From assembly GCA_964016885.1 (NCBI GenBank), contig OZ024740.1, positions 13,268,001 through 13,332,000 on the forward strand: a stretch of DNA of 64,000 nt. The letters run 5' to 3'. Positions within the stretch are counted from its first letter, which is position 1; each line of letters starts with the position of its first letter. Of the stretch, positions 12,813-25,159 are shown piece by piece. The notes below the pieces were generated by a model, which saw nothing but the letters and a program-made list of their open reading frames with translations, was not told the DNA's origin and made no database searches. The position numbers and the translations under genes are program-made. The DNA comes from Eledone cirrhosa (lineage: Eukaryota).

Positions 12813-13467
12813 ACCAGATAGAAAAATGCGTACAGCAAAAAAAAGTAATATTGTTGGAATATAAACCTTTAAAAATACAGTACAAGAAACTAAAATAAAA
12901 CTTTAAAAGAATAGGACAAGAAACTAAGATAAAACTTTAAAAGAATAGGATAAGAAACTAAGATAAAACTTTAAAGAATTGGACAAGAAATAAAAAATGT
13001 TACAATAATATTAGTGGCAAAATTTTTATTGGTAAAAAATCGAGTTCCACATTCATAGGCTCTGGGTTCCACATTCAGAGGTCGTCGTCAGACCGGGGGG
13101 ATCATTTGATCCTGGTTTGAACACCAATTGGGCCATAACCATACCCCTATTTCATCATTCGGCGACACGCCTCATGTGTCATGCATAATATGAATGGACC
13201 CATGGGCCCATGAGCACAGATCTTGAGCAGCAGCGGACGGTCTTGTCGTCCCGCTCATCCTTGATCTTGACCAACCCGTCCATCTTCTCCTTGCATCTTG
13301 TCCTTGAGTTCAAGTCCGGCAGTCCAGATGAATGCGTGCCACAGCTTTCTGGTACAGGAAGGGGGAGCAGGAGGACTGGAGGGATGACTGGACAGAGGGA
13401 GGGAGGACCGGTGGTTGAGGGAGGTGCCGTTATTACTTTTTTTTGCTGTACGCATTTTTCTATCTGG
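12813..13467. mobile_element. Non-autonomous DNA transposon with ~36 bp terminal inverted repeats
   Basis: CCAGATAGAAAAATGCGTACAGCAAAAAAAAGTAAT at 12813 and its reverse complement ending at 13467. Internal ~34 bp tandem repeats at 12880-12990. Confidence 0.75.
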
Positions 13468-13741
13468 TCTACTATTTTTTAAGGCAATGCAAGCAACAAC
13501 TATCTAATAATTAAATGATCATAGTGAATTACTGACAAGTGATTGACATTTTAAAGTTCTTTTAAGTATAATTGCAATCTAGTTGAGGCAACTGGCTTAA
13601 TGACAAAGCTAGTAAATCATGAATGCATTTGAGATGATTAGTGCATAATAGTGAATTGGTGAAACTTGTGTATTTCAATGGTGTTACAACAATAGATGGA
13701 AGTTAAATAGTAGTAATACTTTATCATTTTAACTTTTTAGA

Positions 13742-14101
13742 ATGGACAAAAACCCATGCAAAGAAATGACTTTGACTGCAGTGATTCTCTCCAATTTACT
13801 TACAAAGCAAAACGTGGTCAAATACCTTATCATCTCTGATAAAATGCCCATTGAATCACTGAAAATCGGATGCATGGAATTCCTCATAAAATGCACCTAT
13901 GAATCGGAAGCCATCACATATATCAATGGATATAGGGAGTTGTTCACACTGGAAGACCATCACTTCATTTGTGACTTCATCAGTTATCTCCACGATTATC
14001 TCAGACACCCAATGCCATTGATGAGAGGTGATCCAATGTGTGAGCATGTAACTAATCTTATAGAAGTTGTTATCGACCACCTGGCTTTTAGTGACATTTG
14101 A
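13742..14101 (+). CDS. 119 aa ORF or exon resembling a BACK-like helical domain (BTB/SPOP C-terminal type)
   Basis: Pattern L..QNVVKYLIISD....SLKIGCMEFL.....I..INGYREL. Preceded by a good splice acceptor (TTTTAACTTTTTAG). Non-repetitive composition. Confidence 0.4.
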   Translation: MDKNPCKEMTLTAVILSNLLTKQNVVKYLIISDKMPIESLKIGCMEFLIKCTYESEAITYINGYRELFTLEDHHFICDFISYLHDYLRHPMPLMRGDPMCEHVTNLIEVVIDHLAFSDI

Positions 14102-14909
14102 CTGATTTGACTGATAATGATGTATTTTTAAAAAGTATGTGTACATTCTTGCTACTATTTTAAGGCAATGCAAGCAACAACTATTTAATAAAATTTAAAT
14201 TTAAAAATGACCATTGTGCATTACTAGTATGATGACATTTTATTAAGTCACAAAATTAGTCAGTCAGCCATAGAACAAGGATCAGGTGGCAAAAACATTG
14301 GCAAAAATCTGTGTCAATTTAAGATTTCCAACATTGTTCAAATGAATCATATCTGGTTTGAAGTCAGATTTGTCAAATTTTGACCAATTTTCAATGTTGT
14401 GAAGATTGGGCAAGTTCAATTTTTGAATCATTTCTTTCATGCAGTAATTAAACTTTTCCAAACGTCGTCATTTCTGGATTACCTCCCCTAGCGTCACGCT
14501 TACTACTCATTCACTTGAAGACAATATTTATCAGCAAACTTTGATTATAAACTTTTTCCCGCTGGACCAAATTTCTAGATTTTTAAGTCAAAAGATGCGT
14601 AATGATCTACTGTTCATGCTCATATAAGTTTTATCTCAGTTAAATAAAGTAGAGCCGCGCTGTACTGTCGTAAACAGACGATTACCAACGAAAACACGAC
14701 CACAACAATATTACTAAACGGACTACCGTCCGTTTAGGATTATATATATTTGTGTTTGCTATAAAGGATGTTGTGCGATGCCCTACCAATTCTGATGCCA
14801 AAGACTGGGTCTGATGAAAGCTATTTTCAGTGGTGTTAACAGTTTAACGACAATGTCTTGTCTAACATTGTCATAAAATAATACCTCTCCACCGGATATA
14901 GTTCTCACT

Positions 14910-16000
14910 ACATACACACACTCTCTGACACACACACACACACACACACACATATAGACACACACACTCTCTCTCACACACGCACTCTCTCCCACACACA
15001 CTCTCTCTCATACATACACTCTCTCCCACACACACACTCTCTCTCACACACTCACTCCCACACACACTCTCTCTCACACATACACTCGCCCTCTCACACT
15101 CTCTCACACACACACTCTCTCTCACACACACACTCGCCCTCTCACACACTCTTTCTCACACACACACTCTCTCACACACTCTCACACACTCTCACACACA
15201 CTCTCTCTCCCACACACACTCTCTCTCACACATACACTCGCCCTCTCACACTCTCTCACACACACACTCTCTCTCACACACACACTCGCCCTCTCACACA
15301 CTCTTTCTCACACACACACTCTCTCTCACACACTCTCTCTCTGACACACTCTCACACACACTCTCTCTCACATACTCTCTCTCTCACACATACACTCTCT
15401 CTCTCACACAGACATACACTCTCTCTCACATATATACACACACTCTCACACACATACTCTCGCACACATACTCACACGCACATATACACACTCTCTCACA
15501 CGCACTCTCTTACACACATACACGTATACACACTCTCGCACACACACACACTCAAACATGTGTGTCTGTATGTATGTGTGTATGTATATGTATGTGTGTA
15601 TATGTGTGTATGTGTGTGTATGTGTGTATCTGTGTATATGTGTGTAACTGTGTGTATGTGTGTATGTGTGTGTATGTGTGTATCTGTGAGTATGTGTATA
15701 TATGTATGTATATATGTGTATGTGTGTGTATATCTGTGTGTATGTGTGTATATGTGTGTATGTATGTGTATGTGTGTGTATATGTGTGTGTATATCTGTG
15801 TGTATGTGTATATGTGTGTATGTGTATGTATGTGTATATGTATGTGTGTATCTGTGTGTATGTGTGTATATGTATGTATGTATGTATGTGTATGTGTGTG
15901 TATATGTGTGTGTATGTATGTATGTATGTATGTATGTATGTGTCTGTGTGTCTATATGTGTGTGTATATGTGTGTATATGTGTGTATGTATGTGTATGTA
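14910..16000. repeat. Compound (CA/CT)n then (TG/TATG)n microsatellite
   Basis: Direct reading. Confidence 0.9.
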
Positions 16001-16103
16001 TGAGTGATAGAGTCAGTGGTGTGGAGGTGGTGATGTAGAAAGGTCAATAATTGTGAAAGGTCAACGAGATCAGACGATATACAAGTGAACTTCATAATCA
16101 AAC

Positions 16104-16275
16104 GTGGTGGTGGTGGTGGTGGTGAGGGGGTGGTTGTGGTGGTGGTGCTGGTGGGGGGAGGGGGGTAGAGGTCGTGGTGGTGTTCGTGGTGGGGATGGTA
16201 GAGGTTGAGGTGGTGTTGGTGGTGGTGGTGGTGGAGGTTGTGGTGGTGTTGGTGGTGGTGGTGGTAGTGTTGGTG

Positions 16276-16307
<32 letters not shown>

Positions 16308-16741
16308 AGAGGTTGTGGTGGTGGTGGTGGTGGTGGTGGTTTGGTGGTGGTGGTGGTGGTGGTTTGGTGGTGGTAGTGGTGGTGGTGGTGGTGGTGGTAG
16401 AGTTTGTGTTGGTGGTGGTTTTTTGGTGGTGGTAGTGGTGGTGGTGTTGCTGTTGTTGGTGTTGTTGGTGTTGTTGTTGTTGGTGGTGTTGGTGTTGTTG
16501 TTGTTCTTGGTGGTGTTGGTGGTGTTGGTGTTGTTGGTGTTGTTGTTGGTGTTGTTCTAGGTGGTGTTGTTGTTGTTGGTGTTGTTGTTGTTGGTGGTGT
16601 TGGTGTTGGTGTTGTTGTTGTTGTTGTTGTTGTTGGTGGTGTTGGTGGTGTTGGTGTTGTTGGTGTTGTTGGTGGTGTTGTTGTTGCTGTTGTTGTTGCT
16701 CCTGTTGTTAGTGTTGTTGTCGTTAGTGTTGTTGTTGTTGC

Positions 16742-16773
<32 letters not shown>

Positions 16774-16802
16774 CTGTTGCTGTTGTTGCTGTTGTTATTA
16801 TT
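16104..16802. repeat. (GGT)n/(GTT)n trinucleotide tract
   Basis: Direct reading. Confidence 0.9.
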
Positions 16803-16929
16803 GTATGTGCTTGCAGATGGTTGCTTATGTACACACACACATACACATATATATGTATGTGTGTGTGTATGTGTATGTGTGTGTGTGTTTGTGTGTCTGT
16901 GTCTGTGTGGGTGGGTGGGTGGGTGTGTG

Positions 16930-17660
16930 GCAAAACCAAGAGGCAGGTGACCCAGGGGTAGACCCCTCGAGCAAGATGGTTGGATAACATCCATGAGCTT
17001 GGCTGGTCTCCCTTGATGATGCCGCCGGATCAGTTGGAGACAGTTGCTTCTGACAGGACGCGCTGGAAGGAGTGTTTGAGGACTCAGCCCCCACGACCCT
17101 CACAGGACGCGCTGGAAGGAGTGTTTGAGGACTCAGCCCCCACGACCCTCACAGGACCCGCTGGAAGGAGTGTTTGAGGACTCAGCCCCCACGACCCTCA
17201 CAGGACGCGCTGGAAGGAGTGTTTGAGGACTCAGCCCCCACGACCCTCACAGGACGCGCTGGAAGGAGTGTTTGAGGACTCAGCCCCCACGACCCTCACA
17301 GGACGCGCTGGAAGTAGTGTTTGAGGACTCAGCCCCCACGACCCTCACAGGACGCGCTGGAAGGAGTGTTTGAGGACTCAGCCCCCACGACCCTCACAGG
17401 ACGCGCTGGAAGGAGTGTTTGAGGACTCAGCCCCCACGACCCTCACAGGACGCGCTGGAAGGAGTGTTTGAGGACTCAGCCCCCACGACCCTCACAGGAC
17501 GCGCTGGAAGGAGTGTTTGAGGACTCAGCCCCCACGACCCTCACAGGACCCGCTGGAAGGAGTGTTTGAGGACTCAGCCCCCACGACCCTCACAGGACCC
17601 GCTGGAAGGAGTGTTTGAGGACTCAGTCCCCACGACCCTCTCCAGGAATAATTGGAAGAA
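16930..17660 (+). mobile_element. 3' fragment of an RTE-clade LINE ending in a tandem array
   Basis: Encodes PRGR..R.G.P..RWLDNI.ELGWS..P.QLE.VA.DR.RW..L..PPRPS, typical of the RTE ORF C-terminus. Confidence 0.7.
17054..17640 (+). repeat. Minisatellite, 12 x 49 bp (CAGGACGCGCTGGAAGGAGTGTTTGAGGACTCAGCCCCCACGACCCTCA)
   Basis: Units start every 49 bp from 17054, are almost identical, and have no spacers. Confidence 0.95.
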
Positions 17661-17710
17661 GAGATGTATGTGTATGTGTGAATATGAATACACACATACA
17701 CACATGTATA

Positions 17711-17783
17711 CAGGGTGTCCCCAAAAGTATACACATACTTCAAAAGTATTCTAATATGTGTATACATTTTTGGGGACACCCTG
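17711..17783. mobile_element. 73 bp Tc1/mariner-type MITE
   Basis: TA-CAGGGTGTCCCCAAAA...TTTTGGGGACACCCTG-TA. A remnant of the same end lies at ~29365. Confidence 0.8.
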
Positions 17784-17977
17784 TATATACATATATATCT
17801 TTATATGTGTGTGTATGTGTTTCTATACGTATGTTTATAAATGTGTGCCTGTATTTCCGTGTGTATATGTGTGTATATGTATGTGTGTGCATGTCTGTGT
17901 ATCTGTATATATGTGAGTGTATATGTTACTTACGAGACGTTATTGAGGTGACGCGGGTAAATGGATGTGTGCGGTAG

Positions 17978-20020
17978 GGTGGTGTTGTGGTTGTTGTTGT
18001 TGTTGGTGGTGGTGTTGTGGTTGTTGTTGTTGTTGGTGGTGGTGTTGTGGTTGTTGTTGTTGGTGGTGGTGGTGTTGTGGTTGTTGTTGTTGTTGGTGGT
18101 GGTGTTGTGGATGTTGTTGTTGTTGGTGGTGGTGTTGTGGTTGTTGGAGGTGGTGTTGTGGTTGTTGGAGGTGGTGGTGGTGGTGTTGTTGTTGTTGGAG
18201 GTGGTGGTGGTGGTGTTGTTGTTGTTGGAGGTGGTGGTGGTGTTGTGGTTGTTGTTGGAGGTGGTGGTGGTGTTGTTGTTGTTGGAGGTGGTGGTGGTGT
18301 TGTTGCTGTTGTTGGAGGTGGTGGTGGTGTTGTTGTTGTTGGAGGTGGGGGTGGTGGTGGTGTTGTTGTTGTTGGAGGTGGTGGTGGTGGTGTTATGGTT
18401 GTTGTTGGAGGTGCTGGTGGTGTTGTTGTGGTTGTTGTTGGAGGTGGTGGTGGTGGTGTTGTTGTTGTTGGAGGTGGTGGTGGTGGTGTTGTTGTTGTTG
18501 GAGGTGGTGGTGATGTTGTGGTTGTTGTTGGAGGTGGTGGTGGTGTTGTTGTTGTTGGAGGTGGTGGTGGTGGTGTTGTTGTTGGAGGTGGTGGTGGTGT
18601 TGTTGTTGTTGGAGGTGGTGCTGCTGTTGTGGTTGTTGTTGGAGGTGGTGGTGGTGTTGTTGTTGTTGGAGGTGGTGGTGGTGTTGTTGTTGTTGGAGGT
18701 GGTGGTGGTGTTGTTGTTGTTGTTGGAGGTGCTGGTGGTGTTGTTGCTGTTGTTGGAGGTGGTGTTGGTGGTGTTGTTGTTGTTGTTGGAGGTGGTGATC
18801 GTGGTGGTGTTGTTGTTGGAGGTGGTGATGGTGGTGTTGTGGTTGTTGTTGGAGGTGGTGGTTGTGGTGTTATTGTTGTTGGAGGTGGTGGTGGTGGTGT
18901 TGTGGTTGTTGTTGGAGGTGGTGGTGGTGGTGTTATTGTTGTTGGAGGTGGTGGTGGTGGTGTTGTGGTTGTTGTTGGAGGTGGTGGTGGTGTTGTTGAT
19001 GTTGGAGGTGCTGGTGTTGTTGTTGTTGTTGTTGTTGTTGGAGGTGGTGTTGGTGTTGTTGCTGTTGTTGGAGGTGGTGATGGTGGTGGTGTTGTTGGAG
19101 GTGGTGGTGTTGGTGTTGTTGTTGTTGGAGGTGGTGGTGGTGGTGGTGTTGTTGTTGGAGGTGGTGGTGGTGGTGTTGTGGTTGTTGTTGGAGGTGGTGG
19201 TGGTGGTGGTGTTGTTGGAGGTGGTGGTGGTGGTGTTGTGGTTGTTGGAGGTGGTGGTGGTGGTGGTGTTGTTGGAGGTGGTGGTGGTGCTGTTGTTGAT
19301 GTTAGAGGTGGTGATGGTGTTGTTGTGGTTATTGTTGGAGGTGGTGGTGGTGTTGTTGATGTTAGAGGTGGTGATGGTGTTGTTGTGGTTATTGTTGGAG
19401 GTGGTGGTGGTGTTGTTGATGTTAGAGGTGGTGATGGTGGTGGTGTTGTTGTTGTTGGAGGTGGTGGTGGTGGTGGTGTTGTTGTTGGAGGTGGTGATGG
19501 TGTTGTTGTTGTTGGAGGTGCTGGTGTTGTTGTTGTTGTTGTTGTTGGAGGTGGTGTTGGTGTTGTTGCTGTTGTTGGAGGTGGTGATGGTGGTGGTGTT
19601 GTTGGAGGTGGTGGTGGTGTTGTTGTTGTTGTTGTTGGGGGTGTTGGTGTTGTTGTTGTTGTTGTTGGAGGTGGTGGTGGTGGTGGTGTTGTTGGAGGTG
19701 GTGGTGGTGTTGTTGCTGTTGTTGGAGGTGGTGATGGTGGTGGTGTTGTTGGAGGTGGTGGTGGTGTTGTTGTTGTTGTTGGAGGTGCTGGTGTTGTTGT
19801 TGTTGTTGTTGGACGTGGTGGTGGTGGTGGTGTTTGAGGTGGTGGTGGTGGTGTTGTGGTTATTGTTGGAGGTGGTGGTGGTGTTTGAGGTGGTGGTGGT
19901 GGTGTTGTGGTTGTTGTTGGAGGTGGTGGTGGTGTTGCTGTTGGAGATGTTGGTGGTGGTGTTGTGGTTGTTGGAGGTGGTGGTGGTGTGGTTGTTGGAG
20001 ATGGTGGTGTTGGAGGTGGT
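17978..20020. repeat. 2 kb higher-order satellite: GAG(GTG)n(TTG)n units of ~27-39 bp
   Basis: Direct reading. The phase-preserved trinucleotides give spurious ~800 aa ORFs. Confidence 0.9.
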
Positions 20021-20109
20021 GCAGATAAAAAGAAAGGTATTCACACACATACTCACACATATATATATATACGTGCGTGTGTATACATGCATACATATAT
20101 ATGTTTGTG

Positions 20110-20159
<50 letters not shown>

Positions 20160-20178
20160 CATATATATATATATATAT

Positions 20179-20715
<537 letters not shown>

Positions 20716-20718
<3 letters not shown>

Positions 20719-20902
20719 AACCAGTAAGACCCCGACAGCTGAGCTCAAGCCGTTTCGACGGCTAATTCCCAGAATTAGCCGTCGAAACGGCTTGAGCTCA
20801 GCTGTTGGGGTCTTACTGGTTCCTATTACCCACTCTACTACCTCAAGTATTGAGTACTTTGGTGCGTTATGGTCCACCTGGTTCCTTACCACATTTCCTT
20901 CG

Positions 20903-20905
<3 letters not shown>
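20716..20905 (+). mobile_element. Palindrome-plus-tail element (half-hammerhead fold-back family)
   Basis: Same sequence family as 6851-7040, flanked by (TA)n. Confidence 0.85.
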
Positions 20906-21595
<690 letters not shown>

Positions 21596-22084
21596 AAGTG
21601 AGAGATAGAGAGAGAGATGGAAGATAAAAGAGAAAGTGAGAGATAAAACGATAACGTAAATGGAGCAAAAAGGGAAATAAAGAGAGAGAGAGGTAGATAG
21701 AGAGAGAGAGAGGTAGATAGACAGAGAGAGAGGGAGAGAGAGAGAGGTAGATAAATAGATAGATAGATATAGAGAGAGAGGGGGAAAAAGTGTGGCGTAG
21801 ACGGAGGAGAAGGGGTGGGAGAGCTAATAAAAAGGCGGGATGAAAATAAAGGTTTTTGAAGATATTGATTAGAAGATATTGATTAGAGAATCCTTCTGCC
21901 AAGCCGCCGCTGAACTAGTGCGGCGGCTCTGTAGTGTGGAACGTTTTGACAATGTCTTTGATGTGCTTGTCCCAGGTAGGGGAAGGGCGGGTGGGGCTGC
22001 AGGGGTTAGGTGAGCATTTACTCACCCACTACCTGGTTGTCAGACATACCCTTCTACCACCGCATGTATCTCTCTCTCTTTCTC

Positions 22085-22149
<65 letters not shown>

Positions 22150-22156
<7 letters not shown>

Positions 22157-22665
22157 TAAAATTAGTCCCTCATCAGTGATCCCCCAACCCCCATCGGCAT
22201 CTCATCGCTTTAAAATCATATACCTCTGGTTGGCGCGAGCAATAACCAAATACTGTTATTGGGACAAGTAAAATAGGGTGAAACGAGCGAGACATGTAAA
22301 CAAACAAAGATGGTATTGCAACGGAAAGATAGGAAGAGACAAGTACATGATATCTGTAAGCTTAAGCTTGGTGAATTCATGGACGAGAGATACAGACCAT
22401 CCAACATGGGTGAGATGTGAGCGAGAAAAGGATCCCACATAGGTCAAACGGGAGGAAGTGAGAGAGGGGCAAAATCAGAGAGTGAGTGAGTGGAAGTGTG
22501 AGGAAGAGGCCAGCCGAGAGAGAGTGTGACTGGCAGAGGGGGTAAAAAGAAGGCGAGAGACACAGAGAGAGAGAGGGGAAGCAGCAAGAAAGAAACAGAC
22601 AATCGCAGCTGAGGAAAAAATATAAATATAAGAAAAATGGAGTGCTTCGTGGTTGTGTGTGTGTA

Positions 22666-22697
<32 letters not shown>

Positions 22698-23123
22698 TGT
22701 GTCAGTGTGTGTGTCAGTGTGTGTGTGTGTGTCAGTGTGTACTTCCACTCACTCACTCTCTTCTTCTCCCCCTCTCTCACTTCCTCCCGTTTGACCCGTG
22801 TGAAATCCTTTTCTCTCTCACATCTCACCCATGTCGGATGGTCTGTATCTCTCGTCCATGAATTCACCAAGCTTAAGCTTACAGATATCATGTACTTGTC
22901 TCTTCCTATCTTTCCGTTGCAATACCATCTTTGTTTGTTTACATGTCTCGCTCGTTTCACCCTATTTTACTTGTCCCAATAACAGTATTTGGTTATTGCT
23001 CGCGCCAACCAGAGGTATATGATTTTAAAGCGATGAGATGCCGATGGGGGTTGGGGGATCACTGATGAGGGACTAATTTTATTCATATGTAACCCATGTG
23101 CAAACACGCAGCACTTCATTTTT

Positions 23124-23128
<5 letters not shown>
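22150..23128. mobile_element. Large inverted-repeat non-coding element in (TA)n
   Basis: 22150-22498 is the near-perfect reverse complement of 22741-23088. A diverged single-arm relative lies at ~51465-51873. Confidence 0.75.
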
Positions 23129-23176
<48 letters not shown>

Positions 23177-23179
<3 letters not shown>

Positions 23180-23822
23180 AAAGAATAGAGGTGTAACACA
23201 CAAGTTATTATATATTGGTAAACGGAATAGAAAATGCTGACAAATTGTTCACAGTTGAAAAATGGTTTAATTAGGAATAAAAGAGTATTAGTGATTGTAT
23301 GGGTTAGTATTCAGTTGTGGTTTTAAGTTTTTAAGTTTTTACCGGTTGCGCATTTCTAAATGCTTTTCAAAAATAATTTTGAGATAGATTGTCCGTGTTG
23401 TTTGCTCTGATCTGATTAGTTTTGGGAATTCTACCTGTTTTTATGTTAAAAAAGTGGCTCCAGTGTTACTTTGGTGTTGCAAAAATTCTTGTGGTCAAAA
23501 CAATTTTGATTGGTCGGTAGAGGTCATGTGAATGTAAAAAGTTGATTTTGCGCCAAGACTGTTTTTATGTTAAAAAAGTGGCTCCAGCAAAAATTCTTGG
23601 TCAAAACAATTTTGATTGGTCGGTAGAGGTCATGTGAATAAAAAATTGGTTTTGCGCCAAGATTGAGAAATGACTCTTTCACAACAAATATGTGTGTGTG
23701 TGTGTGTATGTGTGTGTGTGTGTGTGTGTGTATGTGTGTGTGTGTGTGTAGTAGTAGTAGTAAGGTGTTCGATGCTGCGACAATGGCCAGCAGCGATGTG
23801 TGTCAAATGGCTATTAAGATAA

Positions 23823-23853
<31 letters not shown>

Positions 23854-24124
23854 GGGATGGTCAGTAAGAATGTGTCTGAAAGCAATGGGGGGTATTTTAG
23901 CATGTCAAAAGATAAGTGTGTGTGTGTGTGTGTATAGCAGAGTAATTTGTGGTGGCAGGGATGGTCAGTAAGAATGTGTCTGAAAGCAATGGGGGTATTT
24001 TAGCATGTCAAAAGATATTTTTCAGCTTTTGTCTTATACGGAGAAGTGCGCGCGTGTGTGTGTGTGTGTATATAAGTCTCTTTGTATGTTGATGTACGCG
24101 TGTGTATGTGTTTGTGTATATATT

Positions 24125-24157
<33 letters not shown>

Positions 24158-24961
24158 ACCAGTATTTTTTTCCCCCCTGGTAAAATGGTGTACATTATTC
24201 GATTTTTTCAGTAAAATCGGTTCTCTTAATAGAACATCAAAAATCTTAACAATAAAAGGTGTGAAATGATATTCACTATATATACATACACATACATATA
24301 TTCACTACATATATATATATATACATATATACATACATATATATGCACATATATTTCTTTGTATTGCACCATAGAGCATGTGTGTTTACGTGTGTCATTG
24401 TGTTTATATGTGGGTAGAGATGTGTGCTGATGTAGGTATGTATGTTGACGTGTGTATGTTGTGGGTTCGTCTTAGGGAGAAGTGTTTAGACGGGGTCCAT
24501 ATTTGTTAATGAAGTAAGATTCCTTGCAGATGCGCTGGGTGTGGGTGGCATTATCTTTAAATTTGTAGAGGGGAAAGATTCTGAAGTTGGGATGATTTTG
24601 GGCGGCACAGGTATCAATGTGTTCACTCAGTGGTATTTTCCTGTATTCCCGTATTTTAATTTGGGATCTATGGACAGTCATGCGTTGGCGGAGGCTGTTT
24701 TTGGTCTGGCCTATGTCTGGAGCCACTTTTTTAACATAAAAACTGGTAGAATTCCCAAAACTAATCAGATCAGAGCAAACAGCACGGACACTCTATATCA
24801 AAATTATTTTTGAAAAGCATTTAGAAATGCGCAACCGGTAAAAACTTAAAAACTTAAAACCACAACTGAATACTAACCCATACAATCACTAATACTCTTT
24901 TATTCCTAATTAAACCATTTTTCAACTGTGAACAATTTGTCAGCATTTTCTATTCCGTTTA

Positions 24962-24967
<6 letters not shown>
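23177..24967 (-). mobile_element. 5'-truncated PLE: GIY-YIG C-terminus (24472-24716), microsatellite-rich 3' UTR, pseudo-LTR (23213-23463) and inverted copy (24717-24967)
   Basis: IGQTKNSLRQRMTVHRSQI..PLSEHIDTC..ESYFINKYGPRLN. Inverted arms read directly. Confidence 0.85.
24807..24843 (+). ncRNA. Hammerhead-like motif with UUGAAAA and GCAA core; mirror copy at 23337-23373 (minus), relative at 2826-2862
   Basis: TTT-TTGAAAA-GCATTT AG AAATGC-GCAA-CCGG-TA-AAA. Confidence 0.55.
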
Positions 24968-25023
<56 letters not shown>

Positions 25024-25159
25024 CATTTGTATATATATAAATGTATATGTACGCAGACGCTCACGCACACATACATATGCACACACATACACATACATAT
25101 ATGTAAGTATGTATGTATATATGTATGCAAGTATGTATGTATGTATGTATGTATGTATG

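Noticed and set aside
14770-14830. C/D snoRNA or hammerhead at CTGATGA (14811)
   Set aside because: No convincing C box with terminal stem, and no stem II/GAAA/stem III geometry.
17054-17640. CRISPR-like array
   Set aside because: Contiguous near-identical 49 bp units with no unique spacers, no cas genes and a eukaryotic context.
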